A DNA stretch of 64,000 bases from Cyanophora paradoxa CCMP329 (lineage: Eukaryota > Plantae > Glaucophyta), in assembly GCA_004431415.1 (NCBI GenBank), contig QPMI01000177.1, positions 1-64,000 on the forward strand, in the 5' to 3' direction. The notes under the pieces were generated by a model, which ran no database searches, was not told the DNA's origin, and saw only the letters and a program-made list of their open reading frames with translations. Within the stretch, counting starts at the first letter, position 1. Each line of letters starts with the position of its first letter. A program made the translations under genes and the position numbers. Positions 12,039 to 25,000 of this stretch are shown here, in pieces.

Positions 12039-13616
12039 TTACAAGAAGAGCGCGAGCGCGGCAACGACGACCGCGATAACGGCGGACACGGAGGGCAGGG
12101 GGGCGTTCGCGACGGCGGCGCCCTTGGGGGAGGTCGAGGGAGAGGTCGAGGGGGAGGTGGTGCCGGCACCGCCCGAAGGGCTGGTGTTCGTGACGCCGAG
12201 CCCCTTGGACGTGTCGACGGTGCCCAGGTTGCCGCCGTTGGCGTTAACGAGGGCGATGAACGCCGCCGCCTGGTCGGGGTTCGTCATGAGGGTCTTGAGG
12301 ATCGAGGCAACGGCGTAGGCCGAGGCGCCGTCCTTGACGGTGAACTTGAACTCGGCGGTCGACGAGCCGGTCGACGTGCTGAGGGCGGTGCGGCGGCCGC
12401 GGCGGCGGGTGGCGACGGCGCAGGTGACAGAGTCGACCTTGCTGACAGCCGACGCCGACTGCAGGAACGCCTTCGTCATGCCGTCCCGGCCCGCATCGCA
12501 CTTGCCCTTGCTGATCGGCAGGGTCATCTTGAAGCTGCCCGAGGTCTTGTTGGCGGCTGTGCAGGCGGTCGAGAAACCGTCCTTAGCGTCGGTGTTGGCC
12601 GGCCAGCTGATCGACGTAGAGGTGGACACGGGCAGCTTGCCAGACACCTCGTCGATAGTAACCACGGGCTCGTCAGTAGCCGAGACGTACAGCGGAACGT
12701 TCTCCTGCATGTACGTCAAAAATCGCCCACATTGCGCGTATCTAACAAGACCGACGGACCGCGTTGTACTTGGCGTCCCGGGCCGCCGCGGTGCCGCTCT
12801 TCAGCGTGGCCTTAGTGTTCTCGCTAGCCCACCAGATCTTGCCGTTGATAGAGCTGTTGGAATTCGAGAAAGAGTTCGCAATGACTGCGGAGGAGTCAGC
12901 GAAAAGGAAGGAAACTACCGCAGCAAAGAAATAACAAACCGAGAGTCGGTGCAGCGCAACCGGCGTTCAGTCCAGCAATGACATCGTTACCAGCGCTGGC
13001 TATGGACAAAAGGTCAGCTCGAGCGCAAGCGTCACAGTCTGAATCATAGCTGAGCGCACTAGCAATGGCGCCAGTTGCCTTGTAGGTCTTGACGGCGGTC
13101 GTGTTGGCGCCGGACACGTACTCGAGCACGAGCGTGGCCGAGCCGACAGCCTCAACATCCGCCTGCTGCTTGAAGATGGTTGCGTTGGCGAGGCTACAGG
13201 TACAGTGAGCGACGCTGACAGGAGAGAAAAACGTAAGGACAAACGCACGTAATCTTCACCCAGCCAATCCCACCGGCCGAGACCGTGCCGGAGCCGGTCG
13301 AAGTGCTATCGGGCGTCTGGAGATTTTGTCAGCAGATGAACGGAAAAATCACTTTCGCTCCATATAAACTAACCGTGAAGTAAACTTTGGAGGGCGCGCC
13401 CAGGTAGGGATGCGCGATGTACAGCTCAACGTCCGCGGTGGCATTCCGGTCTTTGCGAGAAGACAGAATAACCTTGCCAGCGAAAACACCGACACCCTTC
13501 GTCTTATCAACAGATTCGTCCTTCAGCGCGCCGAAAATGTCATAAGTTCCAGTCTGAGCCAGCGCCAGAGCTGCAAGGGCCAGGAGGCCGAAGACCACCA
13601 GAGACGCGCGCGCCAT
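12039..13616 (-). CDS. Secreted, probably GPI-anchored Ser/Thr-rich surface protein
   Basis: Signal peptide MARASLVVFGLLALAALALAQ, TSPS stalk repeats, C-terminal hydrophobic tail (VSAVIAVVVAALALFL*), internal RRRGRRTAL motif. Confidence 0.75.
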
Positions 13617-14412
13617 TGCTGACTAAACGCGCTGCTGAGAGAAGAAAGCTGTGCTAAGGGTGCCTGACGGCCCGCTAGTGTCCTTGAGAATTTGTCGAAG
13701 GCTGCGCTGCTAAGTCTGCGCTGCTGTGCGTGCAATTGCAAGAGGTGCGCCTGGGAGAGCTAGCGCTGCGGTCAAGGAGCTTGTGCGGCTTCTGGCCTTT
13801 CGAGCCCCTGGTCAACCAGGTCCGCGAGAGCTATTTTTACACCCCAAGGCCGGCAACTCCAAATATGGTTAAGGCGGTTTCGTGCAGGGGCAATGCTCGA
13901 CTCTCGAGACTTGAAGTTTCGAGTCACCGACTCATTTCGTGTTTGCCCGCTATTGGCTGCTATGTTTGTTTCGGTGGGCTCACCGGGACATGGACAGTTT
14001 GAACTTTGAACCAGTTTGACTTCGACGCAGTGAACTCTGAAGTTCGAATCAGCAAATTCGAATTCCGGATTCGAAGTTCGAATATTTAATCCGGAGTCTC
14101 GAAATCAGAACTCCCGCCGGCGCGAAGCTAGCCGAATCATGATCAGCACGCCCAATTGCAACTTTTTTTGCAAGGTCATCGGCGACTCATCCGATCGCTG
14201 CAACTTTTTTTGCAAGTCTGACGTGCTTCGTCGTTGCTTCCGAAGTTCAAGTGCTTTAAAAAAAATTTTTTAAGCTTCAACTTTTAAAGTTCATGATCAA
14301 TCAGTACTACGGTATACGTTTCAAAGTTTTTTTTAAGGATATTTTAAGCCTTGAAGGCAAGCTTCAGGTTCTCGCTTACTAGTCACTGAGTGGTAAGTAC
14401 TAGTAACTACTA

Positions 14413-14698
14413 CCGTGTGCCACGGTGGTACTATAATACCGCGCCCACTTAATTACCGCGGTACCAAATTACCGCGTCGAGAATTTGTTATAAAACGCGG
14501 TAATTTGGTACCGCCGCACACTACTACCGCGGTCATTCGCTTCTGCGAAGTCACCCCATACAGTACCCCCCGAATACCGCCCCATACAAGCCTCAAGTTT
14601 TTTAAAACGCGGTAATTTGGTACCGCGGTATTTTGGCCACCCTCGGGCCGGAGTTTCTAACGCGGTAATTTATGCCGCGGTAATTTAGTGCCACACGG
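14413..14698. mobile_element. Tc1/mariner-type MITE with CCGTGTG termini and TA TSD
   Basis: TA|CCGTGTGCCAC ... GTGCCACACGG|TA; repeated internal TACCGCGGTA / CGCGGTAATTTGGTACCGC motifs in both orientations. Confidence 0.75.
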
Positions 14699-14723
14699 TA
14701 GTAAGTAACTTAATTGTAGATTA

Positions 14724-14952
14724 CTGTTTAATTCGCCAGCGTTTAATTTCGACTATATTCGCCAGACCCTCGCGCTGTCGAATATTTGACGCCGGCGAAT
14801 TAAGCCTTTGTATGGAGAGAAGGGTACCAGCGGCTGACCTCTCTATGGCGAAGTCGCAGGGTGTCGAAATCAAGACGCTGGCGGACTAATTTTCGACAGG
14901 ATTTGCGGGTTTTGTCGAATGAAAGTGCTGGCGGATATTAGTACGTTTACAG
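14724..14952. mobile_element. Second Tc1/mariner-type MITE (CTGT...ACAG, TA TSD)
   Basis: TA|CTGT...ACAG|TA; subterminal inverted similarity ATTCGCCAGCGTTTAATTTCGAC vs GTCGAATGAAAGTGCTGGCGGAT. Confidence 0.65.
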
Positions 14953-15087
14953 TAAGTTGTAACTTACTACAGTACGTTAGTCTACGTACTACGGTATACA
15001 TCACCTCAGGCCTAGGCCCTATAGCTAGCTAGGGTGACAGTCTACGACAGTCTAGTGCACCTCAGGTCCTGACTCCCGGGTCCTGAC

Positions 15088-15591
15088 TAGGGCTGGGTCC
15101 AGTGAAACCAGTGGAGGGTCGAGGGTCCCACTGCACTGACTCAGTGGAGATTTTGGCTCACTCGCACAAAGAAAATTGTATGGGACCAGTGAGCCGGACC
15201 TCAGCCAGCGCTGCGTGGGGGGGTATCCGGCGCCAAAAATTAGGACCCATCCGCCACCTAGCAATTTAGGTGGAACATCGTGGGGGTACTTAACGTCGGA
15301 GTGCCGCAGGCCGCGGCGCGAAGGGTGTACATGTGCACGTGCAGCGTCGAGAAGCACTGCATTTCTGACAATGCCTGCGTTGCAAATGACCTCTAAACAT
15401 ATCGAAAGCGCTAGCCCGTGGAAACAGTTCAGGCACGTAGTGCATTGAAGCTCAGCGAGATTTAGGTCGTTTTTGGTCGTTTTTCGTGTAAAAGAACACG
15501 TACCCCCCACTCACTGGTAGTCACTGAGTGAGTTTGACGCAAAAAGCCCACTGACTGAGTGGACCCGTGGGCTCCACTGAACCCAGCGCTA
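15088..15591. mobile_element. hAT-family MITE with 8-bp TSD
   Basis: TIRs TAGGGCTGGGTCCAGTG / CACTGAACCCAGCGCTA (15/17 match); perfect TSD GTCCTGAC at 15080-15087 and 15592-15599; subterminal CACTG/CAGTG repeats. Confidence 0.9.
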
Positions 15592-16482
15592 GTCCTGACT
15601 CCTGAGGGCCTGCTGTGTTCATTCAATGATTAACTCTGCATATAGCATATAGCTTTTTTGGCACAAGCATATGCATATGACATATTTAACATAGCTGTGC
15701 ATTTTTAGCTATAGCTCATAATCTTATGATATATCACATGTGTTCTTTGTTTGGATCTGTCGATCGCGAAGTTCGAACCATCATCGCGACAGAACCGGAA
15801 TCCCGGTATTCAAAATTCGAATTCCGGAATTCGAATCCGGTGCGAACCGTCGCGGTGTCTCCGGCAATTCCGAATAGTTCCGACTCGAATCCCGGCGCGG
15901 CAGTTAGAAGATGCAACTTACCAGCACATGTGAACTTCCCAGAACTTGATTCGAGTCAATCGATCCGAGTGGAGTTCCGAGTCGAATCCCGGCGCGGCAA
16001 TTACTGAATTCGAATAGTTGCATGGATCAACTCGAGGGCCGAGAGCAGTTCCGAATCAAATCCGTGCGGGGGAAGTTTGCATATCGATGGGTATAGTGCG
16101 TGGTTTGGAAGGGGTACCCGCGCGTACCCTCGTCGGTAGCGCTAGGCTAAGCTAGCTCGGGGCTATAGCTAGTGATGAGCGAGTTAGCGAGCTAGCTATA
16201 GCGCACGCGCGCGATTCTCGAACGAACCGCGGTCGCAAGAGCAGTGGCGCTGGGATCGGTCTTCTTCTGCTGAGTCTAGCTTGGCGAGCCCGGCATGGCG
16301 AGTGTCGTAGAGTGCCGCGGCCGACCGCGGTCTGGTCAGGCGACATTAGCGCTGCGAACCGCCCACGGACGGTCGATCACAGCTAGAGCTCAATAAGCTT
16401 CGAGGCTCGCGCTCGTGTGCCGCCCAAAAGCCGCTATAGCGTGCGCTATAGCTATCGCTCTCGAGTCCGTGCTCGTGTGCGA

Positions 16483-18143
16483 ATGCCGCCCGGCGGCGCT
16501 AGCGAGAGGCAGCTGCAGGGCGCGGATCGCTGCGCGTTCATCAACGTCGATGCGGTGACGTCAGCTGCAGGGCCCCCCGACAGGCGCGCACCGGAGCTCG
16601 ACCTGGCTCCGTTGGACGGCCTCCGCGCCCTAAGCGCCCTCCTAATCGCCGCGGGGCACCTTTTCTCGACCTGGCTATACACGGACGGACCCGGCGGCCC
16701 CCAGGCCGCCGTGCACTCGCACCCCCTCGACCTGAACCTTCCTGTATCTCTCTTCATTGTCCTTTCCGGTTTTACTTTGACGGCCGTGTACCCCGACGTG
16801 AGCCCGTCCCCCCGCGCCGCTCTCGCCTTTTTCGTCCGGCGCCTCGTCCGCCTCGCACCCCTCTACCAGTTTTCCCTGCTGCTGGCCGTGCCCGTCACGA
16901 TCCACTACAACGAGGGCTTCACCTACGGCCTCTTCAAGGTGCGGCCTCCTGACACTCACTTGAGCCCGAGCTACCCGCCTACCCGCCGCCCCCTCCCCCC
17001 CCCCCCCCCCCCCCCCCCAACTCCCCCTGGCGCGCAGATTATGGCGATTACGGCGCTTGGCTTGCAATCCCTAATACCCGACAGTGCGCTGCTATTGACA
17101 GGGTTGCTTTGTTACTGGAGCTGACCAGCGGGTGGGGCCTTGTTCAGCTGAGTTTACCTTCAACGGGCCGCTCTGGACCGTCAGCGCCCTCCTCGTGTGC
17201 TATGCCCTGTACCCCTTCTTTCTCCGCCCCCTCCGCGCCCGCCCCGGCTCTGCCCTCCTGGTTCTCCTCCTGTTCCTTTCCGTGGCGACCTACCGCCTCG
17301 CCTGCGACCACGTGGCCAGAAATGGCTTCGGAGGTGTGTACTATCTGCACCACTTCGTCGGCTACCGCCTTCCGGGGGTGCGTGGGTTTCGCGTCCCCCT
17401 CTGCCCAGCGGCCACGTGCACCGACGGGCCGCAGTTCGTGTGCGGCATGTGTGCGGCGCTGCTCGCCAGGGGGCACCGGCTGCCTCGGGCCTCCCTCTTT
17501 TCCGAAATCTGCTCGGTCTTTGTCATTGCGGTGCGCCAACCCTCCCCCCTGCGGCTGCGCCTGAGGGCGCTATGAGGGCGCTTCCTGACACACGACGTGT
17601 TCCGTGCAGAGCCTCGCCTCTGTGATGGTCACAACACGCGGCGACTTTCGCTCGTACACAGAGCTAACAGGGTGCGTCACGCTCTCCGTTCCGTCCCGTT
17701 GCCATGATGTCGACATCACTTCCTGCGCAGCACGCTGGAGTTCGCGCTCGTACCCCTGCACTGTGTCTGGCTCTGGGCCCTCGCATCCCCGGACTGCCGC
17801 GGCCCGACGCGCTGGGCCCTCCGCTCCCGCCCGCTCCGCCGTCTCGGGGCCGCCTCCTACGCGCTCTACTGCCTTCACATGCCGGCCACCTTTTGGATCG
17901 CCTGGTTGCTGGCCGGGGGGCCGGCCGGAGTTCCCCCTCGCGGTCTGGGGGACTTCAGCGGTGAGCGAGCGTTCCCTTGCAGCTTTCACTCGAACTCAAG
18001 CGTACGCAGGCTGGTTCTTCTTCCCCCTCTGGAGCCTGCCCCTTCTCCTCGCGGCGTTAGCGGCCATCGCGCTCGGGGCGCACGAGTACGTGGACCTGCC
18101 CTGCCGCCGGTGGGCCGCCTCTCGACTCGCTTGGATGCGGTAG
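16483..18143 (+). CDS. Acyltransferase-3 (OafA-like) membrane O-acyltransferase
   Basis: LDGLRALSALLIAAGH, SLFIVLSGF, FFVRRLVRLAPLY, FNGPLWTVS, PQFVCGM, SYALYCLH, HEYVDLPCRRW. Confidence 0.9.
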
Positions 18144-19413
18144 CGCGTGTACATTCTCTAGCATTTCAATAGGATTTTCAACAGGGGCTGCGCGGTCACG
18201 TGCGGGGCCGCTTGGGGTCGGGCACGGCGGGCTGGCTCGGAGGGGCCCGCGCCCTCCTCGCGGTCGCCGGCCTCCGCGACGTCGCGATGGCTTCCATGCC
18301 AGCTGCAGCCGCCGCGAAAGCGGCCGTGGCGACCTCGCGCTGCGGGGCCCGCCCGGGCACGGATCTAGAATTCGAAAAGGGAACGGGGCAGTGCGGAGAA
18401 CTGTTGAACGTGCGCGCGCGCCGCGGCTCTATAGCTCTATAGCTAGTGTTGCTCCATCGCGAGCTCTATAGCTACTGTTGCTTAAGCTTCGTGGATTATT
18501 TCCGGAAGTTCAACGGTTCGGACTCATGTTATTTCCGGGCGCCGCCGGGAGCCTTAGATCCGATGTCATGCATATGCATGATCATGATCCGATGATCATG
18601 ATCATGATCATGATTAGAGCGAACTTCGGAACTTAATTAGTACTATCATCAGCGGCTGAAGTGCTCATGATCAGCATAGTATACTATCATGATCATACTA
18701 GGATCTTTAAGATCAAAAATTCAGGCCGAGGTTCCCGCGGCCGAGTCCGTGCACGTGGCTCTGAGGTTCGAGTTGCAAATTAAAAATGGCACAACAAATT
18801 AAACTTGAAAATCGACTCATGATCAGGACCGTCGGACTTCGGGACTCCGGGAGTTGTCTGTAACGCCCGGCCGCGGGCCGCCCGGGCTGTGATATTAATT
18901 AGAGAAACTTGAAAAGGGAGGGGCGGGGGACTGGAGCCGGCGCCGGCGGCCGTCCCTCTCCGAGAGGCTCTCCTGACGATACCGCCCTGTACATGTTGCC
19001 TTGCCCCCGCCCCCTCTTTCCTTCTGACGATACCCCGCCGCAGCACGTGGAGAGCAACCACACACAGCACGAGGACAGGGGCTTCATGGCACCCAACGAG
19101 TACCCCACTGGGCCACCGGCCCTTTCGCGATCGGCCTCTCGGTTGAGTGTGAAGAGAAGCGGGACACGTACGCGTGGCGCTCGCCCTAGGCCCAGCGCTA
19201 GCTGCGGCTAAAGGCTAGGCCTAGGCTTAATCGAAGGCTAGAGGCAAGGGCAGGCCAGAGGTGGTGGCCTAGGGGCCAGCGCCGGCTAGGTATAGGCGTG
19301 CGCGTGTGCAGAGTTAGCTGAAGGTAGATTCATCAAGGCCAGAGTCAGCGTTGCAGGTCTCAGCTCAGTTCGGTAAGCAGCACCAGTAGCGGTCATTCGC
19401 ACACATAGTCAGG

Positions 19414-21357
19414 TCAGGAGAAGAAGGGGAGGGGCGCGGGGCCGGGGCCGGCGGCCGCGGCAGCTCCCGCGCCCGCGCGCGCGGCGGCCTCGAGGAACGC
19501 GAGGCAGGCCTGGTGCTGGCGGATCATCTCGTAGGCGACGCAGACGTGCCACAGGTTGTGCGACATCCCCTGCCGCGGCGTGAGCAGGAGGAAGGCAGAG
19601 AGAGCGGGGCTATGAGAAGAGCGCACGACGAGGTCGAAGGCGCCCGGGGCGAACCGCTCGGGCACGCGCGTCGCGTACTGCGCGCGCGCGCGTCAGCCGC
19701 GGGGCCGGCCGCGAGGGGTACGCGAAAAAAGGGCCGCACGAGGAGGGCGCCGAGGAAGAGGGCGGCGATGCCGTCCCACGAGAAGGGCAGGGGCATTCCC
19801 CCCGGCAGGTGCCACAGCTGCCCCCCGCCGGCCGGCCGGCCCGGGCTCAGACCTCCCTTTGGGAGGGCGGCGGGGCGGGGCTGGCGCGGCGGGCGCCGCA
19901 CCCGCTGGTGGACGAGGAGGGGTATGAGGTACAGGAAGACGCCGCCGTAGCTGCCGGGCCGCGCGGGGCCTTCAGCGATGCAGGAGGACAGCTACAGAAT
20001 GGAGGGCGCAGCCGCACAGGACGGTGCGGGCGAGGTTTCGCTTGGGGTCCCGGTAAGCGTGGCCCTGTCCCGTCGCGACGATCGCGCTGCCGGGGCCGGC
20101 CGGCCGTCCGGACGTCAGGCCGGCCGGCCCGCCCGCCCGCCCCCGCCAGGAGCACGAGGCCGGGGCGGCGCACAAGTACATGGGGAAGAAGATCGTGGAG
20201 TGCAGCAGGATCATCCGCGGGCTGCGCGGGGGTACGGATTTGGCGGCGGCGCAGGGGGGGTACGGGATCTGTGTGGTGGGCGCACCTGTCGCGGAAGCCG
20301 AGGAGCATGACCGAGAGGATACCCCCCAGGGACGCCGAGAGGATGCCGTTGCAGTCCCACCGGTTCAGCTGAGCGCGGGCGGCGGGGCGTCGGGCGGGGC
20401 GGGGCTAGGCTGAGGGGGGTACGGCGAACCGCGAAGTAGCAGCATTCGCTGTGGCACGCGAACGTGTGGAACACGGAGCTGGAGGCCAGGCAGGCGACCT
20501 CCAGCCTGGAGGGCGAGCCTCAGGCCGGCCCGCAGAGGGCGGGGGGGGGGTACGGGTGTGAGCGCACAGGCAGTAGAGGGTGAGGACGGAGGCGTCGTAG
20601 GGGGCGAGGTCGGGGTGTGAGGCGCTGCGGTAGGCGAGGAAGAGGAGGTAGAGGCACGGCAGCCCGTGCGTGTAAATGTTGACCGTCTGGTTGTGCAGGA
20701 ACGCGACCGAGCGCAGGCACGCCGCCGGCGACAGGCCGAAGCGGTAGCCCCCGAGCACGAACGGCACCTGTCGGAGCGGGAAGGTCAGCTGGGGCGGCGG
20801 GTTCGAATCGGGGCGGGGGCGGCTCGCCTTGATGGCGTCGGGGACTTCGTCGCGCGTGTGCAGCTCGATGCGCTCCTCGCCGTCGACGACGTCGTGCCAG
20901 AACGTCAGCGCCCGCCGCAGCCACGAGCCCGGTTTCGGCGCCGGCACGTCCTGCCACCGCCGCCGCGCGTCAGCGGCCGGCTTCCTCCGCGCGGGAGCGC
21001 CGGCCGCAGCGGACCTCGATCAAATCCTCGATGGCCTCTTCGAACTTCGACTCCATGGCCCCGTCGTGCGAGAAGTGGATATCAAACAGGTGCGCGTACG
21101 CCCCGAAGAGAGTGACCTGCGCGGCGGGTGAGGGGCGCTGCGAAGGCACAGCCAAGCACCGCCCGCACCCCAATCGCGGCGGCGGCGAGAGCCACGTAGC
21201 TGTCGAGGACGGCAAGGCAGCCCAGGAAGATTGTGAGCGACTGAACCGGCCGGGAGAGAAGCAGCGAGGCCTGCTCCGGGAAGAGGGGCCGCGCGCAGGG
21301 TCTGCAGCAAGTGTCCGTCTTCGGCTTCGCGTCGGCCGGCGGCGGCGCGGCGACCAT
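19414..21357 (-). CDS. PAQR / adiponectin-receptor-like (haemolysin-III family) membrane protein
   Basis: PFVLGGYR..CLRSVAFLHNQTVNIYTH, SSVFHTFACHSE, RWDCNGI, YATRVPERFAPGAFD, GMSHNLWHVCV; the zinc-binding His residues are conserved. Confidence 0.9.
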
Positions 21358-22036
21358 CGAATCTCTTAGCCTCCTCTTCTCTGATCCTCGTCTACACAGA
21401 TCGCCCCGCTCCGGTGCCGGTGCCGGTGCTGAGCGGTGCCGCCTTTGGCGTCACGCTTCCCGCCGGGCTGGGCGCGCTGGTCTCTTGAAGATATGGAAGG
21501 CTGCCAGCCGGCACTGAGCAAGCCGCTGCCTTCCGCCGCCGCAAGAGAGCAACGCGGCCACGCGTCGCCCGCTTTGATGCGGCGCGGCGTCGCCGAGCCG
21601 TTTGACGCCTGTCGCTGTGGGCTCAGCTGCGTCCGATCCGGACTGCGCTCGAGCTCAGGCGGACTGCGACTGAACGAATACTGTACCCAGCGAAGCGCTC
21701 ACGCTGTACCCGACACGAGTGGTAAAAACAATTACATATTCTAATTTGGCCCGCTAGCTTCGTTTCGTTTCTTTGCCAGTCTGGCACGCCACGGTGCAAG
21801 GGCCCTCCACCAGAGCGCGCGTGCAACAACACTCTAGCATAATATAGTACTGCGGCTGCGAGGCAGTTACAAGACTTTGACAGCGCTAGCTCAAGCTTCT
21901 AACGACAACCGCATCGCGCTTTTCCCTCAGATACGCAGCCAGTCGTCCAGCTGATCCAACGAACGATATCCGCTCAGCAGAAGCTTTGATTCGTGGGAAC
22001 ACAAGAGAGACAGAACTTCGGAAGATCAGAATTCGA

Positions 22037-25000
22037 ATGCGTCGGTCCGGATCGATATCCTGGGGCGGCGCGCTCTGCGCTGCCGGCCTGCTCGCCCTCG
22101 TGAGCGCCGTCCTCGCCGTGGATCAAACAAAGGGTGCGTGTGCATCATCGTGCGCGTCCGGCCGGGCCGTAACTGCCGTCCGGATCAAGAGATCGTGATC
22201 CTTGCGCGTGCGTCGGTTACTATAAAAAACACTCACCGCCCGGCCGCAGGCGTGACCCTCGAGGCGACGAACGTGGCTACTATGGACGTCCTCGTCAAGT
22301 TCGCAATCGTCTCCGCGGGGTGCGCTCGCGCCGTCCCAGCTGCAGCCGATTCAAATTTCGCGCCCCGGCCCGGCGCCGGCCCTTTCTCATGCCATATATA
22401 TGCATGGGACGCGCACGCACGCACGCGCAGGAGCACGCTGAAGCTGACCCTAGCCATCTCGAACACGAGCGTCGGCGCGCCGGGCGCCTTCTCGCTCTAC
22501 ACCATCCCGAGCACCGACTACTTCGTCGACGTCGCCTTTATGGGGTGCCCGCGGCCGCCTGTCCCTGATCATGAGCCGCGCTTCGAATTGATCGCTGCGC
22601 TTTGATCGCAGCTCTTCCGCGAAGCTGACGGCGGCCTCGCCGGCGGTGGCGTTCGGGGCCGACGGCAAGGCGGCGTACACGGTCCCGGCCGCTGCCAAGT
22701 TCCAGGAGCTCCAAGTCCTCGTCGCCGCCACCGCCGGTGCGTGCGCGCTTGGAGCTTCGCGAATTTGATCCGGATCCGCCCGCGCCCGCGCCCGCGCGCG
22801 GACCAAACGAAGATTTGATCGCGGCGGCGCCCGGGCAGCCTGCAAGGCCGAGGGCGCCACGATGACCTCCCCGGGGTGCTACTTCGCTGCGATGGGGTAC
22901 TCGGTCCTCCCTGCCGACGTGGCCATCTTCCTCCGCTTCACCGGCCTCGTCACCTACGGGGCCGACGGTGCGTGCTGCAGCTGCATTCGCCGCAGCTGTT
23001 TAATGGCAAGGGACGCTCATGGGGATCCGCAGCGGGGACGCTTAAGTTCCGGTCTCCCCCCTCGCTCCTCGACATCATGGCCGCCGCCGCGAGCGAGGCC
23101 AGCAACGGCACCAACGCCAACGCGTACCCTCCCTCCCTCTCTCCCCCCCCCCTTCCTCGCACGTTCCCCCATCCGAACGAAGTGCGCACCCGCAGAATCT
23201 TCTCTCAGGCGATGAGCCCCTACATCACCGGTGCGTGTACCCCCGGCTCCCCCCCCCCCCGGCCGCTAGCCGAGCGGGGTGCAGGGTCGACCTACGCGCT
23301 CATGCTCGACGTCTCGGGCGTCGACTCCTTTGACATCAACCTCTACAAGTTCTCCTTCGTGCGCCCCTCGCTCACGTATACTTGGCCCCCTCTCCACGCT
23401 TCCCCCCCCTTCCCCCCCCCCCCCCCCCCCCCGTCCACCCCCGTCCCCCCGCCTCACCGGCGGACGCCGCGGCGCCAGATGAGCAACGCGGGCAGCCTGA
23501 TGGACACGTCGAAGAGCGCCGCGGTGGAGGCGAACCCGCTGGCCCAGTACCTCGCCATCCCCACGCCCATCGTCTCGCAGGCGAGCAATATATAGCCGGA
23601 CGCCCTCCCCGAGCGAGCAGTCCCTTCCTCGAGCTCGAACTCGAGCGAGGCTCCTTTCAAAGGCGCCAGCGCTGACGCCGCCGGATCCGGACTCGCGATC
23701 GCAGACCGTCGCGTCGGGGGCGACCACCGCGGCGGGCACGTGGGCCGTCCCCGCCACCGGCCTCTCCAACGGTGCCCCGGGCCCGGGCCCCCCTCTCCGA
23801 GTCTGATGAGAATTCGAGTTGATCGAACCGCGCAGGCATCTACGCCATGGTCGCCCGGTCCAAGTCCGCCGCCACCCCCAGCGCCGGAGACTTCGCCCTG
23901 GTCCGGACCCCCCCGGGCCCCCGCCCCGCTCCTCGTCGGCGCGTGGAATCTGAACCCTGAACCCTCCCGGGCCCGCAGGCTGCGGTCCAGGCCTACCAGG
24001 CCTGCTCGGGCGACTGCCGCTTGCTCATGGGCACCTGGACGGTGCGAGCGCGCGCCACCCCGCCCCGCCCCGCTGTCGCCCCATGCTGGCCAGGCCTAGG
24101 TGTATACGTAGGCCTAGGCCTTAGAGAGAATATGTCGAGCGTAATGGCCCCCGCAGGCGACGGGGGACGACTGCCAGGGCACCTCGGACTCGAAGTCCAC
24201 CATCAGCGTCCGCTTCAGCTCCGTCGCCCCCGCCGGCGTCATGGTCCGGATCCGCCGCCCCGCGTCTTCGGTCTCGAATGACGAATTCGAACCTCTAATG
24301 TATCTGCCGGGCAACAGGTGACGTGGATCTTCCCCGGCGGGCTGTCCTTCCCCTGCCTCGTCACCAAGTACACGGGCGGCAAGGTGCGCGCCGCGGCCCT
24401 GCGCCGCGCCGCGCCCCCCCTTTAATTTCTCTGGATCTGCCCCCCGCCGACACCGACGCCGACGCCGCCCCCGCCCGCAGCTCGAGATTAGCTGCCTGAG
24501 CCAGGAAGGCAAGTCGGACACCTTCAAGACGACCACCTCCTGCATCAACCTCGCCCTCTCCAGCGACGGGAACACCGTGCGCCCTTGCTTCCGATTTCAC
24601 CGTCGAATTCGAAGAACGTGCATTAATGTTCCACGCCGCGCGCGCGCAGGCCGGGGCCGCGTTCAAGAGCGCGACCTCGAGCGGCAGCATCGGCACGTGC
24701 CTGGACACCACGCCGGCCGGCCTCGCCACGACCGGCGCCGTCCCCGCCTGCCCCGCCGACAAGTCCTACACCGTCGTCGGCCTCACCCGCTCCGCCGTCG
24801 GCGCGGTGCGTCCAGTCCGTCTAACTGACAACGAGGGCTCGGATCGCCGCTAACTGATAGCTATATATCTATCTAATAACGAGGGCTATCTAACTATCTA
24901 TTTATCTACAACTATCTATCTATCTACAACGTTAACTGTATAACTCGCGCGCCTGGACGTCTTCCCGACTGAACTGCTGAACTTCTTCCCGACGGGCCGA

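Noticed and set aside
14402-14709. 6-bp TSD (AGTAAC) reading of the first MITE
   Set aside because: The direct repeat is real, but a TA TSD with CCGT termini better explains the adjacent TACGGTA footprints; not fully excluded
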